A stretch of DNA of 64,000 bases from Poseidonia sp. (GTDB lineage Archaea > Thermoplasmatota > Poseidoniia > Poseidoniales > Poseidoniaceae). The notes under the pieces were generated by a model that had not been told where the DNA came from, did not search any database, and worked only from the letters and a program-made list of their open reading frames with translations. Both the position numbers and the translations under genes were made by a program. This document shows, in pieces, positions 16,810 to 26,900 of this stretch. Numbering within the stretch: the stretch's first letter is position 1; each line of letters begins with the position of its first letter. The stretch covers positions 316,515 to 380,514 of the forward strand of contig CBFIDD010000002.1 in the NCBI GenBank assembly GCA_965661285.1, written 5' to 3'.

Positions 16810-17651
16810 TGATCACCTCGGCGCATGAGTTTGTATCGCAAGCGAAGCTGGTTGCTTCGTCCCTTGTACGATGTTGAAAAGCCGTAGCGAAGCAAAAGAC
16901 CGGCGAAGATGACCACGCCAATGACCGCACCGAAGCCGAGAAGCCCCAGCCAGTGCGCACGGAGTTTCGCACCCATGTGATGCAGGTCAACGCCGTGGTG
17001 AGCAGGTTCGGGCGGGCTAACGTTTCCGTCGCCCGCAAACAAGGTACGAGTGCCCATGGCGGCAGAGGCTTCATCACCTTCGTTGAGCGCAAAGTTGAGT
17101 TGATTCCACCGGTCTTCGACACCGGGGATTTGGTCGCCGTTCACGGAGTTTCCAACGATCCAGAAGTTCACGGCGCCCGCACCGGAGTCAGCGGGTGCGG
17201 TCCAGTCAAAGACCCACGAGCGATCCTCGGTGGCAGCCGATGCCTCGGTGTGCGTCAGGGTTTGTTCGTCAAGCGTTCCGTCAATTTCCCAGTTTTGGGC
17301 AACGTCGCTGGCGAGGCTGCCGAGGGAGACACGCATGGAGAATCCTGCAGTGTAGGTGCCGGTGGCTGGAGGTCCGCCGATGAGTTGGAGATGGAGGGTG
17401 TAGGTTTCGCCGGGGACGTAGGCGAAGGGGACGTCGACGAGGATGACCTGGACCGCATTGTCGGCGACTTCGTTGTGGCAAAGACAACCCGATTTTGCCA
17501 CGTCGTCGATGTCGACCTGCCCCGTTGAGCCCTGGTGGGACTGAGGGCCACCGATGCCTCCGTGATAGGAGGAAGCGAGGGCGGGGAGGAGAAGCAAAAC
17601 CCCAACGAGCGTAAGCAGCACGGTGCGGGACGTGAGAGAAGTTTTGTGCAT
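16806..17651 (-). CDS. membrane-anchored extracytoplasmic protein, first gene of the Rieske/cyt b operon; candidate redox partner, function unknown
   Basis: 281 aa. N-terminal signal/anchor (LLTLVGVLLLLPALASS). C-terminal TM (LGLLGFGAVIGVVIFAGLLL). CLCHN is not a canonical CxxCH heme site. No cupredoxin motif recognised. Confidence 0.4.
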   Translation of the reverse strand: MHKTSLTSRTVLLTLVGVLLLLPALASSYHGGIGGPQSHQGSTGQVDIDDVAKSGCLCHNEVADNAVQVILVDVPFAYVPGETYTLHLQLIGGPPATGTYTAGFSMRVSLGSLASDVAQNWEIDGTLDEQTLTHTEASAATEDRSWVFDWTAPADSGAGAVNFWIVGNSVNGDQIPGVEDRWNQLNFALNEGDEASAAMGTRTLFAGDGNVSPPEPAHHGVDLHHMGAKLRAHWLGLLGFGAVIGVVIFAGLLLRYGFSTSYKGRSNQLRLRYKLMRRGDQ

Positions 17652-17807
17652 GGCCTCACCCTTACGACCTAACCGACCTGTAAGGACTCCTTAAACATTG
17701 CCAGCAAAACATCACATTGAGTGCGGCGCAGTGTTGCGTTTTTTGAGATATTTTGGAGCCCCTATCTATCACCCTAAAAACCCACCGAATTTCGTGCAGA
17801 AGGGTTC

Positions 17808-18140
17808 ATGATATCGCGCCGTCACGCCCATTTGAGCACCATGGGGAAGTACACCTTCGAAAACACCTACGACCTCTCCGAACAACAACTCCAAGAGCTG
17901 GACGAAGCAGAGGATTTGATGCTCAAAGGGGCGCTTGGGGCCGCTGAAAAAATGCTCCTCAGCATGCTCAAAGCCGACGAAGAATGCATACCTGTCCTCT
18001 CCAATCTGGGTCACCTGTATGGACGACACCTCTCCGAATTCAAAACCGCTGTGGAGTACTACGACCGAGTTCTCGCCATCGAACCGGACAACGCATGGGC
18101 GAGGGACGCAAGGCGACGGTACCTCCGCTACGTGGATTGA
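17808..18140 (+). CDS. small TPR-like repeat protein
   Basis: 110 aa. TPR-like helices (LGHLYGRHLSEFKTAVEYYDRVLAIEPDNAWA). 23 nt upstream of the FtsZ-like gene. Confidence 0.45.
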   Translation: MISRRHAHLSTMGKYTFENTYDLSEQQLQELDEAEDLMLKGALGAAEKMLLSMLKADEECIPVLSNLGHLYGRHLSEFKTAVEYYDRVLAIEPDNAWARDARRRYLRYVD

Positions 18141-18163
18141 CGGCGACACCAAAGTTCATTGAG

Positions 18164-19099
18164 ATGCCACGCACCGTGGCCCTCATGGACCCCTCCACCA
18201 TTCTGGTCGCTGGAGTGGGGGGCATCGGTTGTTCATGGGCGCAACAAGCCCACGCAAAATGCCACGGTGGAGCCCACCTGGTGCTCATCGATGCCGACGA
18301 TGCCAGTTTCAAAACCGGCGAGGACATTCATGTGCTACGCCTGGGCCACGCCCTTGACAGCGTGGGATGTGCTGCCCTCCCGCCCTTGGCAGAACAGCGT
18401 ATGCGAGGGTTGAGCACCCTCACGAGCCAACTGCTGCAAAACACGGAACTCGTCATTCTTCTCACCGGCCTCGGTGGCGGCGTTGGGACCGGTGCCGCTC
18501 ACGAATTCGCTCGCCAAGCCCGACAATCCGGTGCGGTGGTTTTGGCGGTGGCAGGCCTACCGTTTGAGCACCAGCCCACGAGGATGGAAATCGCTTCCGA
18601 GGGATTGGAACGCCTCGAAAACATGGCGCACGTAACCGTCCGCTTGTCCCTTGACAGGCTGGCTCGGCAAGCCCGAGAGAAAGGACAGTTGTGGCAGATG
18701 GGGGCAGAGTGGATAGAGGACTTGGTTGAGGGTCTTGTGAGCACGTTGATGCGAATGGGGCTGATCAACCTCGACCTGATGGATCTGCGAGCCATTGTGA
18801 ACCAGGTTGGCGAAGCGACAATGTTGGTTGGCGTGGGCCGACCTGATGACCCGAAAGGTATCCTCAAAGCAGCTCTCGGAGCGCCGTTGGCGGCCATGGA
18901 CGTTGCCGGAGCCAAAGGGTGTCTGATTCAAGTGGAAGGGGGTCTGGGTATGACCATTGGTCAGGTGAGCGCCGTTGCCGACCTGTTCACCAGTGCGCTC
19001 GACGACGATGCGACCGTCATTTTCGGCGCTCGGGTGAGCGAACATCTGCACGACACCATCCGGGTGGTCACCTTGCTCTCCGGCATTCGCCCGACTTAG
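18164..19099 (+). CDS. short FtsZ/tubulin-superfamily GTPase (divergent FtsZ/CetZ-like, 312 aa)
   Basis: ILVAGVGGIGCSW (G-box 1). LIDADDA. Tubulin signature GLGGGVGTGAAHEFAR. VLAVAGLPFEHQPTRM. T7-like GLINLDLMDLRAIV. Start moved to the in-frame ATG at 18164 because the upstream part of the track ORF overlaps the TPR gene. Confidence 0.7.
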   Translation: MPRTVALMDPSTILVAGVGGIGCSWAQQAHAKCHGGAHLVLIDADDASFKTGEDIHVLRLGHALDSVGCAALPPLAEQRMRGLSTLTSQLLQNTELVILLTGLGGGVGTGAAHEFARQARQSGAVVLAVAGLPFEHQPTRMEIASEGLERLENMAHVTVRLSLDRLARQAREKGQLWQMGAEWIEDLVEGLVSTLMRMGLINLDLMDLRAIVNQVGEATMLVGVGRPDDPKGILKAALGAPLAAMDVAGAKGCLIQVEGGLGMTIGQVSAVADLFTSALDDDATVIFGARVSEHLHDTIRVVTLLSGIRPT

Positions 19100-20544
19100 T
19101 CGACCACTTCGATATCATCGTCCCAAGCAACCTCGGTCGCAAGAACATCAGGTTCCTTCCAGTCCACATCTGTACCGATGTCTTCAGCGGCTACATCGGG
19201 CGCTGAAACAGGCTCGGAAGCGTCAGCATTCTCCTCGTTTTGCGAGCCGTCATCATCGGCGGGGGCGGAGACCACCGGAGGTTCTGGAGCGATGGTTGCT
19301 GCTTCAACAACCCGCTTAATGTGCTCTTGCGATTCGGTCTGACCCATCGTTTGGCGAAGGATGCGAGGTTGAATCCAGAAAAACGTCAACGCCACCACGA
19401 GGTGGCCAGCCATCATGACCGCTCGAACATCATCCAGAACAGTGGTTAACATGGCGACACTCCCTGCGTAAGCATAACCAAAAGCGAGCCCCATGGGCAA
19501 GGCGTTCTCGGTCCTGACGAGTTTCAGCGGTGAGCGGAACGAACGCGAGGTCAGACCCCAGATCGCCATCAGCACCGTGAAGGCCATCAAGAGGAATTCC
19601 TCGAGAAAGAGAACGGCTGAACCCGGGGAAATAAATTGGTGCCGCCAAACGGTGAGCAGGTGCCACGTGATCATGAACTGGCTTAGGAGAAACCAGCGCC
19701 CAGCGAAGCGGTGGAAATCGGTGCGGGCCGAAGCTTCCAGCCGTGCACCATGAGAACGCCGCCAAGCGAGTGCAAAAACAACGGAAACCATCACGAGGAA
19801 ACCAATGTTTCGAAGCACAATCTCGCCCGGGGTGCTTGAGCTGTCCGCCATCATCTCGAACACATAGAGCAGAAGCGCAGTGAGCGAGAGAATGATGGCC
19901 AACGGCATCGCCATCGAACGGGTGGAGAGGCCTGGTTCACGAGCTGCTGATTCGGGGAGTTTCGATGCCGATACTGAACTGAGCCAGCGACCAAAGCCTC
20001 GACCTTGAACGATGGCCCAGAGGACAAAACAGGAAGACAGCACCCAAGGTATGAGCGAAGAGAGATCCGCAAGCGCTCCCTGCTCCCCCAGCAACAACAC
20101 CAACAGCCCGAACATAACGGCGGAGAGGATCAGCGGAAAAATGCAAATGCGAAACGAGAACACCATGCGTTGGACCTTTGTTCGGTCCGACGAGGCGTCT
20201 TTGGGGAGTTGAATCCAACCCTGAACGGTTGGACGGTTTGCCAGCAATCCCGTCAAGAAATAACCGCTTGAGAGCGCCAAAAAACCGAACGCACTCATCG
20301 CCTCAAACGCATTGACGGCAGCGAGTTGCAGGAGCGATGAAAGAACGATGATGAGCACGATGTGGGGAAGCGTTGAGAAGCTCAAAAGAAGACGGAGCAA
20401 GGTCATCAGGGAAGCGTCTTCTTGTTGAAGATGCGCAAGGGTCGCTCCCCCTTCATGGGACACCGCCTCTCCATCGCCATCCATGGTGTTTCCTGACGCC
20501 GACCCATATTGAGGGTATTCCTTCTCTACGAAGTCAAACATCAT
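19096..20544 (-). CDS. polytopic membrane protein with acidic cytoplasmic termini, unknown function
   Basis: 482 aa, about 10 hydrophobic helices. C-terminal tail extremely acidic (DDDGSQNEENADASEP ... WDDDIEVVD). Confidence 0.5.
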   Translation of the reverse strand: MMFDFVEKEYPQYGSASGNTMDGDGEAVSHEGGATLAHLQQEDASLMTLLRLLLSFSTLPHIVLIIVLSSLLQLAAVNAFEAMSAFGFLALSSGYFLTGLLANRPTVQGWIQLPKDASSDRTKVQRMVFSFRICIFPLILSAVMFGLLVLLLGEQGALADLSSLIPWVLSSCFVLWAIVQGRGFGRWLSSVSASKLPESAAREPGLSTRSMAMPLAIILSLTALLLYVFEMMADSSSTPGEIVLRNIGFLVMVSVVFALAWRRSHGARLEASARTDFHRFAGRWFLLSQFMITWHLLTVWRHQFISPGSAVLFLEEFLLMAFTVLMAIWGLTSRSFRSPLKLVRTENALPMGLAFGYAYAGSVAMLTTVLDDVRAVMMAGHLVVALTFFWIQPRILRQTMGQTESQEHIKRVVEAATIAPEPPVVSAPADDDGSQNEENADASEPVSAPDVAAEDIGTDVDWKEPDVLATEVAWDDDIEVVD

Positions 20545-20568
20545 GAACAGGAGACCTCACCCCCCACC

Positions 20569-20955
20569 ATGGCCAAGCGGCTGACAAAGGCCCTGCGGGG
20601 GAAACGCCGATGGGTCGGGGTCGGCGTCCACCAGCGTTTTCAGGACCGCCCCTCAGTGGAGAAGGGCCTTGAAAAGGTCCAGAAGGCGATGGCATCCCAA
20701 CCCAACCTCCGCCTGATGGACTTCAAAACCATCCAACAACGTGGTGCGTTGGCCGAGCAGCCCGAGTTGACCGACCTTCCGCAGCAAGACGGACTGGCCA
20801 TTGTGCGTGTGCCGCACAACGCCATTCGGGACATACGGAAACTCCTCGAAGAAGAGGACGCCATGGACAAATGGGGATTTCAAAGTTTGACCACCAGCGG
20901 CAAGATTCGCTTGGTTCGCCAACGACTTGGTCTACCAAAACCAAAGCGGAAATAA
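20569..20955 (+). CDS. RNase P protein subunit Pop5 (Rpp14-like)
   Basis: MAKRLTKALRGKRRWVGVGV resembles the Pop5 N-terminus (LPPxLRxKKRYIAF). Also GLAIVRVPH ... SGKIRLVRQR. Start chosen at the internal Met to avoid overlap with the divergent membrane gene. Confidence 0.5.
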   Translation: MAKRLTKALRGKRRWVGVGVHQRFQDRPSVEKGLEKVQKAMASQPNLRLMDFKTIQQRGALAEQPELTDLPQQDGLAIVRVPHNAIRDIRKLLEEEDAMDKWGFQSLTTSGKIRLVRQRLGLPKPKRK

Positions 20956-21036
20956 GGCGATTTGACTCAATGAGTCCCGCTCAGGTCCATCGGTGAAAGC
21001 CGCAGAAGTCAAGAGCATCCACCCCGAGGGCAGGCC

Positions 21037-21528
21037 ATGGGAGGAGGAGGTACGGCGCCCGCTATGAAGATGAGCGATGTCTTCATCCTGACCGGGCTTA
21101 CCCTACTTCTTGGTGGCCTTTTCCTTCATGCTTGGGTCACCCCCATCGACCACAGCGGTGAAGACCCATCCTACACCAACGGCGCTTCCATGATGAAAGG
21201 CGATGAGTTCGCGTTCAGGGTGACGGTTGAAGCCGAAACCACCCTCCGCATTGTGGTGATGGACGATGAGAACACCATCCTTAGCGCCGAAAATTTCGTG
21301 CTTGCCGCCGGTGAAGAGCACAACGAACGAATCACCATGGAGACATCCGGCTACTACACGTACGAGATTGACACCAAAGGCGTCAATGCAACCATTGAAA
21401 CCGATATTGTGCGGAAGTACATGATCGACATGCTCCCCTTCCCCGTGGGTGCACTCCTCCTCGGCTTTGGATTGTATCAGCGCAAAGAAGTGGATGACGA
21501 GGTGCTGGACGCCGAGTTAGACGCCTGA
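21037..21528 (+). CDS. small bitopic membrane protein, unknown
   Basis: 163 aa. N- and C-terminal hydrophobic helices. Acidic C-terminal tail. Confidence 0.4.
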   Translation: MGGGGTAPAMKMSDVFILTGLTLLLGGLFLHAWVTPIDHSGEDPSYTNGASMMKGDEFAFRVTVEAETTLRIVVMDDENTILSAENFVLAAGEEHNERITMETSGYYTYEIDTKGVNATIETDIVRKYMIDMLPFPVGALLLGFGLYQRKEVDDEVLDAELDA

Positions 21529-22971
21529 CCACGTCACATCCTCTGGCTCGTCAAGCGCCTCGATGCCCTCGAGCCGCAATGAACCATCGACATTGACACC
21601 GAGGAGGTTGGATTCTTGACCTCTATAGAGAAGAGGTCCAAGCAGTTCTTCGCCGTGCAGAACCGCTTGTTCAACCTCGTCAGAGGAATCCAACCGTGGA
21701 AGAAGCGCCAGTCGTTCAAACAACGAAGCGACCATGGCATGAAGTTGAGGATGAAGGTCGGCTGAGCAGACTTGATGACCGAGGTCCTGAAGACTGCCAT
21801 GTTCGTCACCGCTGGCGTCAAGATTCAAGCCGATGCCCAGGATCACATGATGGGTCTCGCCTTGAGATATCGCCTCAAAGAGAACGCCACCTGCTTTTTT
21901 CATGTGGCCGTCCGATGAGCGAACGAACAGGTCGTTGGGCCATTTCAAGCACACATCTCCTGCCATTGCACCGCTCATGAACCGGACCATACGGGCCATG
22001 GCCTCTCCAACCCGTAACTGGTCTGCCGTAACGTGAGACCACCCTTGACCCGAATGGACAAGCCACGAGGCCATGAACGCCCCCGGGTAGGATTGCCATG
22101 TTCGTCCTCGTCGACCTCGCCCGGTGGTTTGTTTGTCCGCACGAACGGAGGCCCCGACAGCACCTGCGAACGCCATGACATCGTCGTTCGTACTCTCGGT
22201 GTGTGAGCGATACACCACGGGAGCGTCGACGTAGGGTTTCCACACCGCAATCACCGACAAGTGCTCTTCGTCCGCAAACGAGCGGGTGGCAACACAACGA
22301 GCAGCCATGCCAGCCGCCCACGCCATTTCGCACGCCGTATCACCCACGCCTTTGGAAGAAACCGTCATGTAAGCAACACCGTGCGGCGAAAGGAGGTTCG
22401 AGGAAGCCAGCCGGTGAAGCATCCGAACGTACAGACCTGTTTGGTCGTTGTCCGTGAGTGCCGCTTCCTCAAAGGGCCCCAGTTTCGCTCCCCGCAACGC
22501 ATCACCACCCAAATAAGGCGTGTTCCAAACGACCACGTCGTAGGTTTGATCGCCGCCCCATTGCGCGGACAAGCCGTCATCGGTGGGCCCTGGACCCCCC
22601 TCGAGAACGGTCGCACGGAGGCCATGCTGCTCGAAGTGGGCACGCGTGCAGGCAACAGCAAACGGATTGACATCGCACGCAGTGATAAGACAACCCAATC
22701 GCGCGGCGTAAAGGGAGAGCACACCCGAACCACAACCGATTTCCAGCCATCGCGTTTTAGGCGTCAAGCGCTGCGATGTCAGGACGGAAGCGAGGAGGTC
22801 GGTGTCCTCCCGAGGAGGATAAACTGTGGGGGGCACGGACATCGAGAAGACCTCACCGTTTGGCGCCTTCCAATCAACCAACGTTGCCGCCCGGACAAGG
22901 CGCTCAATCTCGGCCTCCGCATCAGCGGCATGGAAGGATTCATCACCACTCATGCACCGTCCAAAACGCAA
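21517..22971 (-). CDS. birA: bifunctional fusion: N-terminal HemK/Mtq2-like SAM-dependent methyltransferase + C-terminal biotin--[acetyl-CoA-carboxylase] ligase (BirA)
   Basis: MTase half: LEIGCGSGVLSLYAARLG (motif I), DVNP, NTPY (NPPY-type motif IV). BirA half: QTTGRGRRGRTWQS and KWPNDLF. 484 aa single ORF. Confidence 0.75.
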   Translation of the reverse strand: MRFGRCMSGDESFHAADAEAEIERLVRAATLVDWKAPNGEVFSMSVPPTVYPPREDTDLLASVLTSQRLTPKTRWLEIGCGSGVLSLYAARLGCLITACDVNPFAVACTRAHFEQHGLRATVLEGGPGPTDDGLSAQWGGDQTYDVVVWNTPYLGGDALRGAKLGPFEEAALTDNDQTGLYVRMLHRLASSNLLSPHGVAYMTVSSKGVGDTACEMAWAAGMAARCVATRSFADEEHLSVIAVWKPYVDAPVVYRSHTESTNDDVMAFAGAVGASVRADKQTTGRGRRGRTWQSYPGAFMASWLVHSGQGWSHVTADQLRVGEAMARMVRFMSGAMAGDVCLKWPNDLFVRSSDGHMKKAGGVLFEAISQGETHHVILGIGLNLDASGDEHGSLQDLGHQVCSADLHPQLHAMVASLFERLALLPRLDSSDEVEQAVLHGEELLGPLLYRGQESNLLGVNVDGSLRLEGIEALDEPEDVTWSGV

Positions 22972-23154
22972 CCCGTGAAGAGGCTACGGGTCAACACGAT
23001 TGGAAAATATAGCGATATTTGCCAAAATGAGCACATTTATCAAGTCAAGAGCTAAGGGGAGAGCAGGCCCCCATCGAAGCCGTCATGGTCACGGCCGTCC
23101 CGAAACGTATAAGAAGGGCATGCAAGTCGGATGAAAAGCCCAAGTTGCTACATT

Positions 23155-23228
23155 GGGCCTGTAGCTCAGTCAGGTAGAGCGTCGGACTTTTAATCCGATG
23201 GTCGCGGGTTCGAACCCCGTCGGGCCCG
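23155..23228 (+). tRNA. tRNA-Lys (anticodon UUU)
   Basis: 74-nt cloverleaf folded by hand. Acceptor GGGCCTG/CGGGCCC (one G-U). D-stem GCTC/GAGC. Anticodon stem TCGGA/TCCGA with loop CTTTTAA. T-loop TTCGAAC. Discriminator G. CCA not encoded. Confidence 0.9.
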
Positions 23229-23277
23229 CCTGATTGGTCTGCCGGCGCGGTGTGGGTGGGCGATCCGGGGAGTAAAA

Positions 23278-23928
23278 ATGGTCGTAAAGAGTGCAACAAA
23301 AAAGCGATTGATGGAACTTGGCGTCTCCGAAGAGTATGCCCACAAACTCGCTACCGACCGAAACATGACCGACATCAAAAACATGTCTCACGACGATGTC
23401 GCCACCACCCTGGGAATTTCCAAAGACGCTGAGGAATTTATCAACACCATGCGCATCATCGCCGAGCAAGGCTCTCGCCGCCGTGCCGCCAAGAAGAGCA
23501 CGAAAATCACCATCCGTGCCAAAGCCGTTGACGACATGGATCGTCCGGAAATCACCTCCCGCTTCAACGCCCTCAACCACGTGCTCGTTCCCCACCAGGA
23601 ACTCGTCGGCGAGGCCAACATCTCACCCGAAGAACAACTCGCCATCGAGATGGAAGAACTCGCACCTTGGAAGATGGTGCAACCCGATGCCGAGACCGGA
23701 GAAGACCGCCTCGCAAAGGAACTTCTTCCGAAGATTTTGATCACGGACCCCGTGGTTCAGGTCATCAAAGAATTCGCCGAAATTGCAGACGCTGCTGCCC
23801 ATGCGGCCAACCCCGACCACACCCCGTTGGCGGCTGGATGGATTGCAGACCGTGTGCTCAAGGTTGTCCGGCCATCCCCATCCGCCGGAAAGACGGTGGC
23901 TTACCGGCTCATCGTGGAGGGGAACTGA
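23278..23928 (+). CDS. rpoH: RNA polymerase subunit H (Rpb5-like) with ~90-aa N-terminal extension and internal insertions
   Basis: C-terminal region HVLVPHQELV ... LPKILITDPVVQ ... DRVLKVVRPSPSAGKTVAYRLIV matches RpoH. N-terminal [28 protein letters not shown] is paralogous to the N-terminus of RpoA'' ([28 protein letters not shown]). Located immediately upstream of rpoB. Confidence 0.7.
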   Translation: MVVKSATKKRLMELGVSEEYAHKLATDRNMTDIKNMSHDDVATTLGISKDAEEFINTMRIIAEQGSRRRAAKKSTKITIRAKAVDDMDRPEITSRFNALNHVLVPHQELVGEANISPEEQLAIEMEELAPWKMVQPDAETGEDRLAKELLPKILITDPVVQVIKEFAEIADAAAHAANPDHTPLAAGWIADRVLKVVRPSPSAGKTVAYRLIVEGN

Positions 23929-23940
23929 GGAGGAGATATC

Positions 23941-26900
23941 ATGCAGGAAATCATTCAAGCATTTTTCAAACAACGCAGCCTTGTCAACCACCAGTTGGCA
24001 TCCTACAACGACTGTATCCCCGCCTCGGAGAACGCCATCTCCCGCATGGAGCGCATCATCCGAAACATCCGTGTCGGAACCGACGAAGACTTCAACGACG
24101 ACGAAGGCGGCTACATCAAACTCGACGTTCACGACCAAGACATCGTGATTCGTCTCAAGAACGTCAAACTTGGGCAGCCAACGGTGAAGGAAGCTAACGG
24201 TGCCCTGAACCCATCGACACCGATGGAATGCCGACTCCGCAAGTTGACCTACATGTCCCCGGTCACCATCGACTTCACCATCAAGCGCAACGGCGTTCCC
24301 TCTCCAACCGAGACCGGCGTTGCGGTCGGAAACATGCCGATCATGGTACGCTCCGAGCGATGTAATCTTCACGCCAAGCACATTGCTGGCGACCGCGTCC
24401 TCTCGCCGACCACCTCCGCTGAGGACAAGGCCACATGGCACGAACTGCTGCGCAAGAAAGGCGAAGACCCTCTTGACCCCGGCGGCTACTTCATCATCAA
24501 CGGAACCGAGCGCGTGCTCATCTCAATGGAGGACCTCGCTCCAAACCGAGTTACGGTTGAAATCAACAAGCGCTACGCAAAACAAACGGAAGTCGCGAAG
24601 ATTTTCTCACAGAAAGACGGTATGCGCAAGCCGCTGACCGTCGAAAAGCGCCGAGATGGTATGCTCATGGTCAAGATCAGCACGGCCGGTACCACCGCAA
24701 TCCCCGTTGTCTTGTTGATGCGGGCCCTTGGTGTTGAAAACGACCAGAACATCTTCCAAGCGATCGCCGGAAACACGGACTCCTTCAAGTACATCGTCGC
24801 CAACATCAACGAGGTGAACGACAACGAAGAATACAAGGTCGTCACCACCGAAGAAAGCCACCAGTGGCTGGAAAAGAAATTCGCAGCAGGCCAGCAAAAG
24901 GAATACCGCGAGGCTCGTGTGAGCCAACTCCTCGACCGAGAACTCCTCCCTCACTTGGGCGACCAAATCGAAGATCGCGAGAAAAAGGCCATCTACCTCG
25001 GACGCATTGTCCGCCAGGTGTTGGAAATGGCCATTGAAGGACGAGATCCGAACGACAAAGACCACTACGCCAACAAGCGAGTTCGTTTGGCTGGAGACTT
25101 GATCGAAGACCTCTTCCGCGTCTCCGCCGGTCAACTCGCTCGTGACCTCAAGTACCAGTTGGAGCGCCACCACAACCGAAAGCGCGAGCTCAAAATCACC
25201 TCGTGTCTCCGCCCTGACGTTCTCACCAGCAAAATCATGCACGCACTGGCAACAGGAAACTGGGTTGGTGGACGGTCCGGCGTCAGCCAACTCCTTGACC
25301 GCACCACCTACCTTGCCGCGCTCTCCCACATGCGCCGTGTCACTTCCCCGCTTGTTCGAAGCCAACCCCATTTCGAAGCTCGGGATTTGCACCCCACCCA
25401 ATGGGGCCGCCTCTGCCCGAACGAAACACCGGAAGGACAGAACTGCGGTCTGGTGAAGAACGCTGCTCAGATGATCGATATCTCCGAGAACATCGACGAG
25501 GTTGAAATCCGTGAGCGCTTGGATGAACTCGACGTCTACCAACCCGATGACTGGACCGACGGTGACCGTGTCCACGTCAACGGCGACATCTACGGTATCC
25601 ACAAGCGCGGAAAGAAACTCGTGGACCACTTCAAGTCCTCTCGCCGCCGCGGCGTGATTCCTTCCGAGGTCTCCATTCGCCACGATGTGGAGAACAAGGA
25701 CATCTTCATCAACACGGACAAGGGTCGTATCCTTCGACCTTTGCTCATTCTTTACGACGGTGCACCTCGATTGACGCAAGACCACCTGACCAAACTCGCC
25801 AGCGGTGAAATCAACTTCCGCTCCCTCATCCTTGAGGGTGTCGTGGAGTGGGTGGACGCTGAAGAGGAAGAAGACCTCTATATCGCACCTCGTCCGTTCG
25901 TTCTGCCCGAAACCGTCCCCGAAGGCGACAGCGCCGGACTGGCCGGCCGTGTTGTCAAAAACGAGGACATCGAATGGTTGAATTTGGGCGAACCCCGAAG
26001 CGAAGTGGCTCACCTCAAAGCCAAGGTCTCGATGCCCAACGGCGAAATTGCGACCACGGAATTTGATGTTCCGCTTCTCTACACCCCCGAACACACCCAC
26101 TGCGAAATTGACCCGCAACTGGTTCTCGGCGTCTGTGCCTCGCTCATCCCCTACCCCGAACACAACTCAACCCCTCGTGTCACAGGCGGTACGGCGATGG
26201 TCAAGCAATCCTTGGGACTCCCAAGCGCCAACTATCGCATGCGCCCCGACACCCGAGCACACATCTTGCATTACCCGCAACGATCCATCACCCGGACGCG
26301 TGCTATGGAAACCACGAACTTCGACGACCGCCCAGGTGGCCAGAACTTCATCGTGGCCATCATGTCGCTCCACGGGTACAACATGCAAGACGCTGTCATC
26401 ATGAACAAGGGCTCCATTGACCGAGCCCTCGGCCGTTCGACCTTCAACCGCACCTACAACGCTGAACGCCGACGATTCCCAGGCGGACAGGTTGAGGAAA
26501 TCGAAAAGCCCGGTTCGTCCAAGCAGGAGATCAAGGGCTTGAAGGCCCCCGAATCCTACGTCCACCTCGAAGCCGACGGACTCCCCGTCCCGGAAACCGC
26601 CCTTGTAGGCGGGAATGTTTTGGTCGGAAAGACCAGCCCGCCCCGCTTCCTCGAGGAATCCTCAGGTGCTTCGTTCCTGATGGCGCAAGAGCGCCGGGAA
26701 TCCTCGATGCTCGTTCGACACGGTGAGAAAGGCTGGGTCGACAATGTCTACGTGACCGAATCGCTTGATTCCGGCCGCTTGGTTCGCGTGATGGTCCGAA
26801 GCCACAAAGTCCCCGAAGTTGGCGACAAGTTCGCTTCCCGACACGGACAAAAAGGTGTCATCGGCCGCTTGGTTGAACCAGAAGACATGCCGTTCACCCC

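Noticed and set aside
16806-17651. CLCH motif in the first bc-operon protein as a c-type heme site
   Set aside because: c-type heme attachment needs CxxCH (or rarely CxxxCH or CxxxxCH), and CxCH is not a recognised variant. I also looked for a cupredoxin C...H...M ligand set and did not find one.
17655-17807. Intergenic region between the bc operon start and the TPR gene, inspected for TATA/BRE elements and a T7 run (TTTTTTGAG)
   Set aside because: Several weak AT-rich stretches but no convincing, well-positioned TATA box for either divergent gene. Not reported as a feature.
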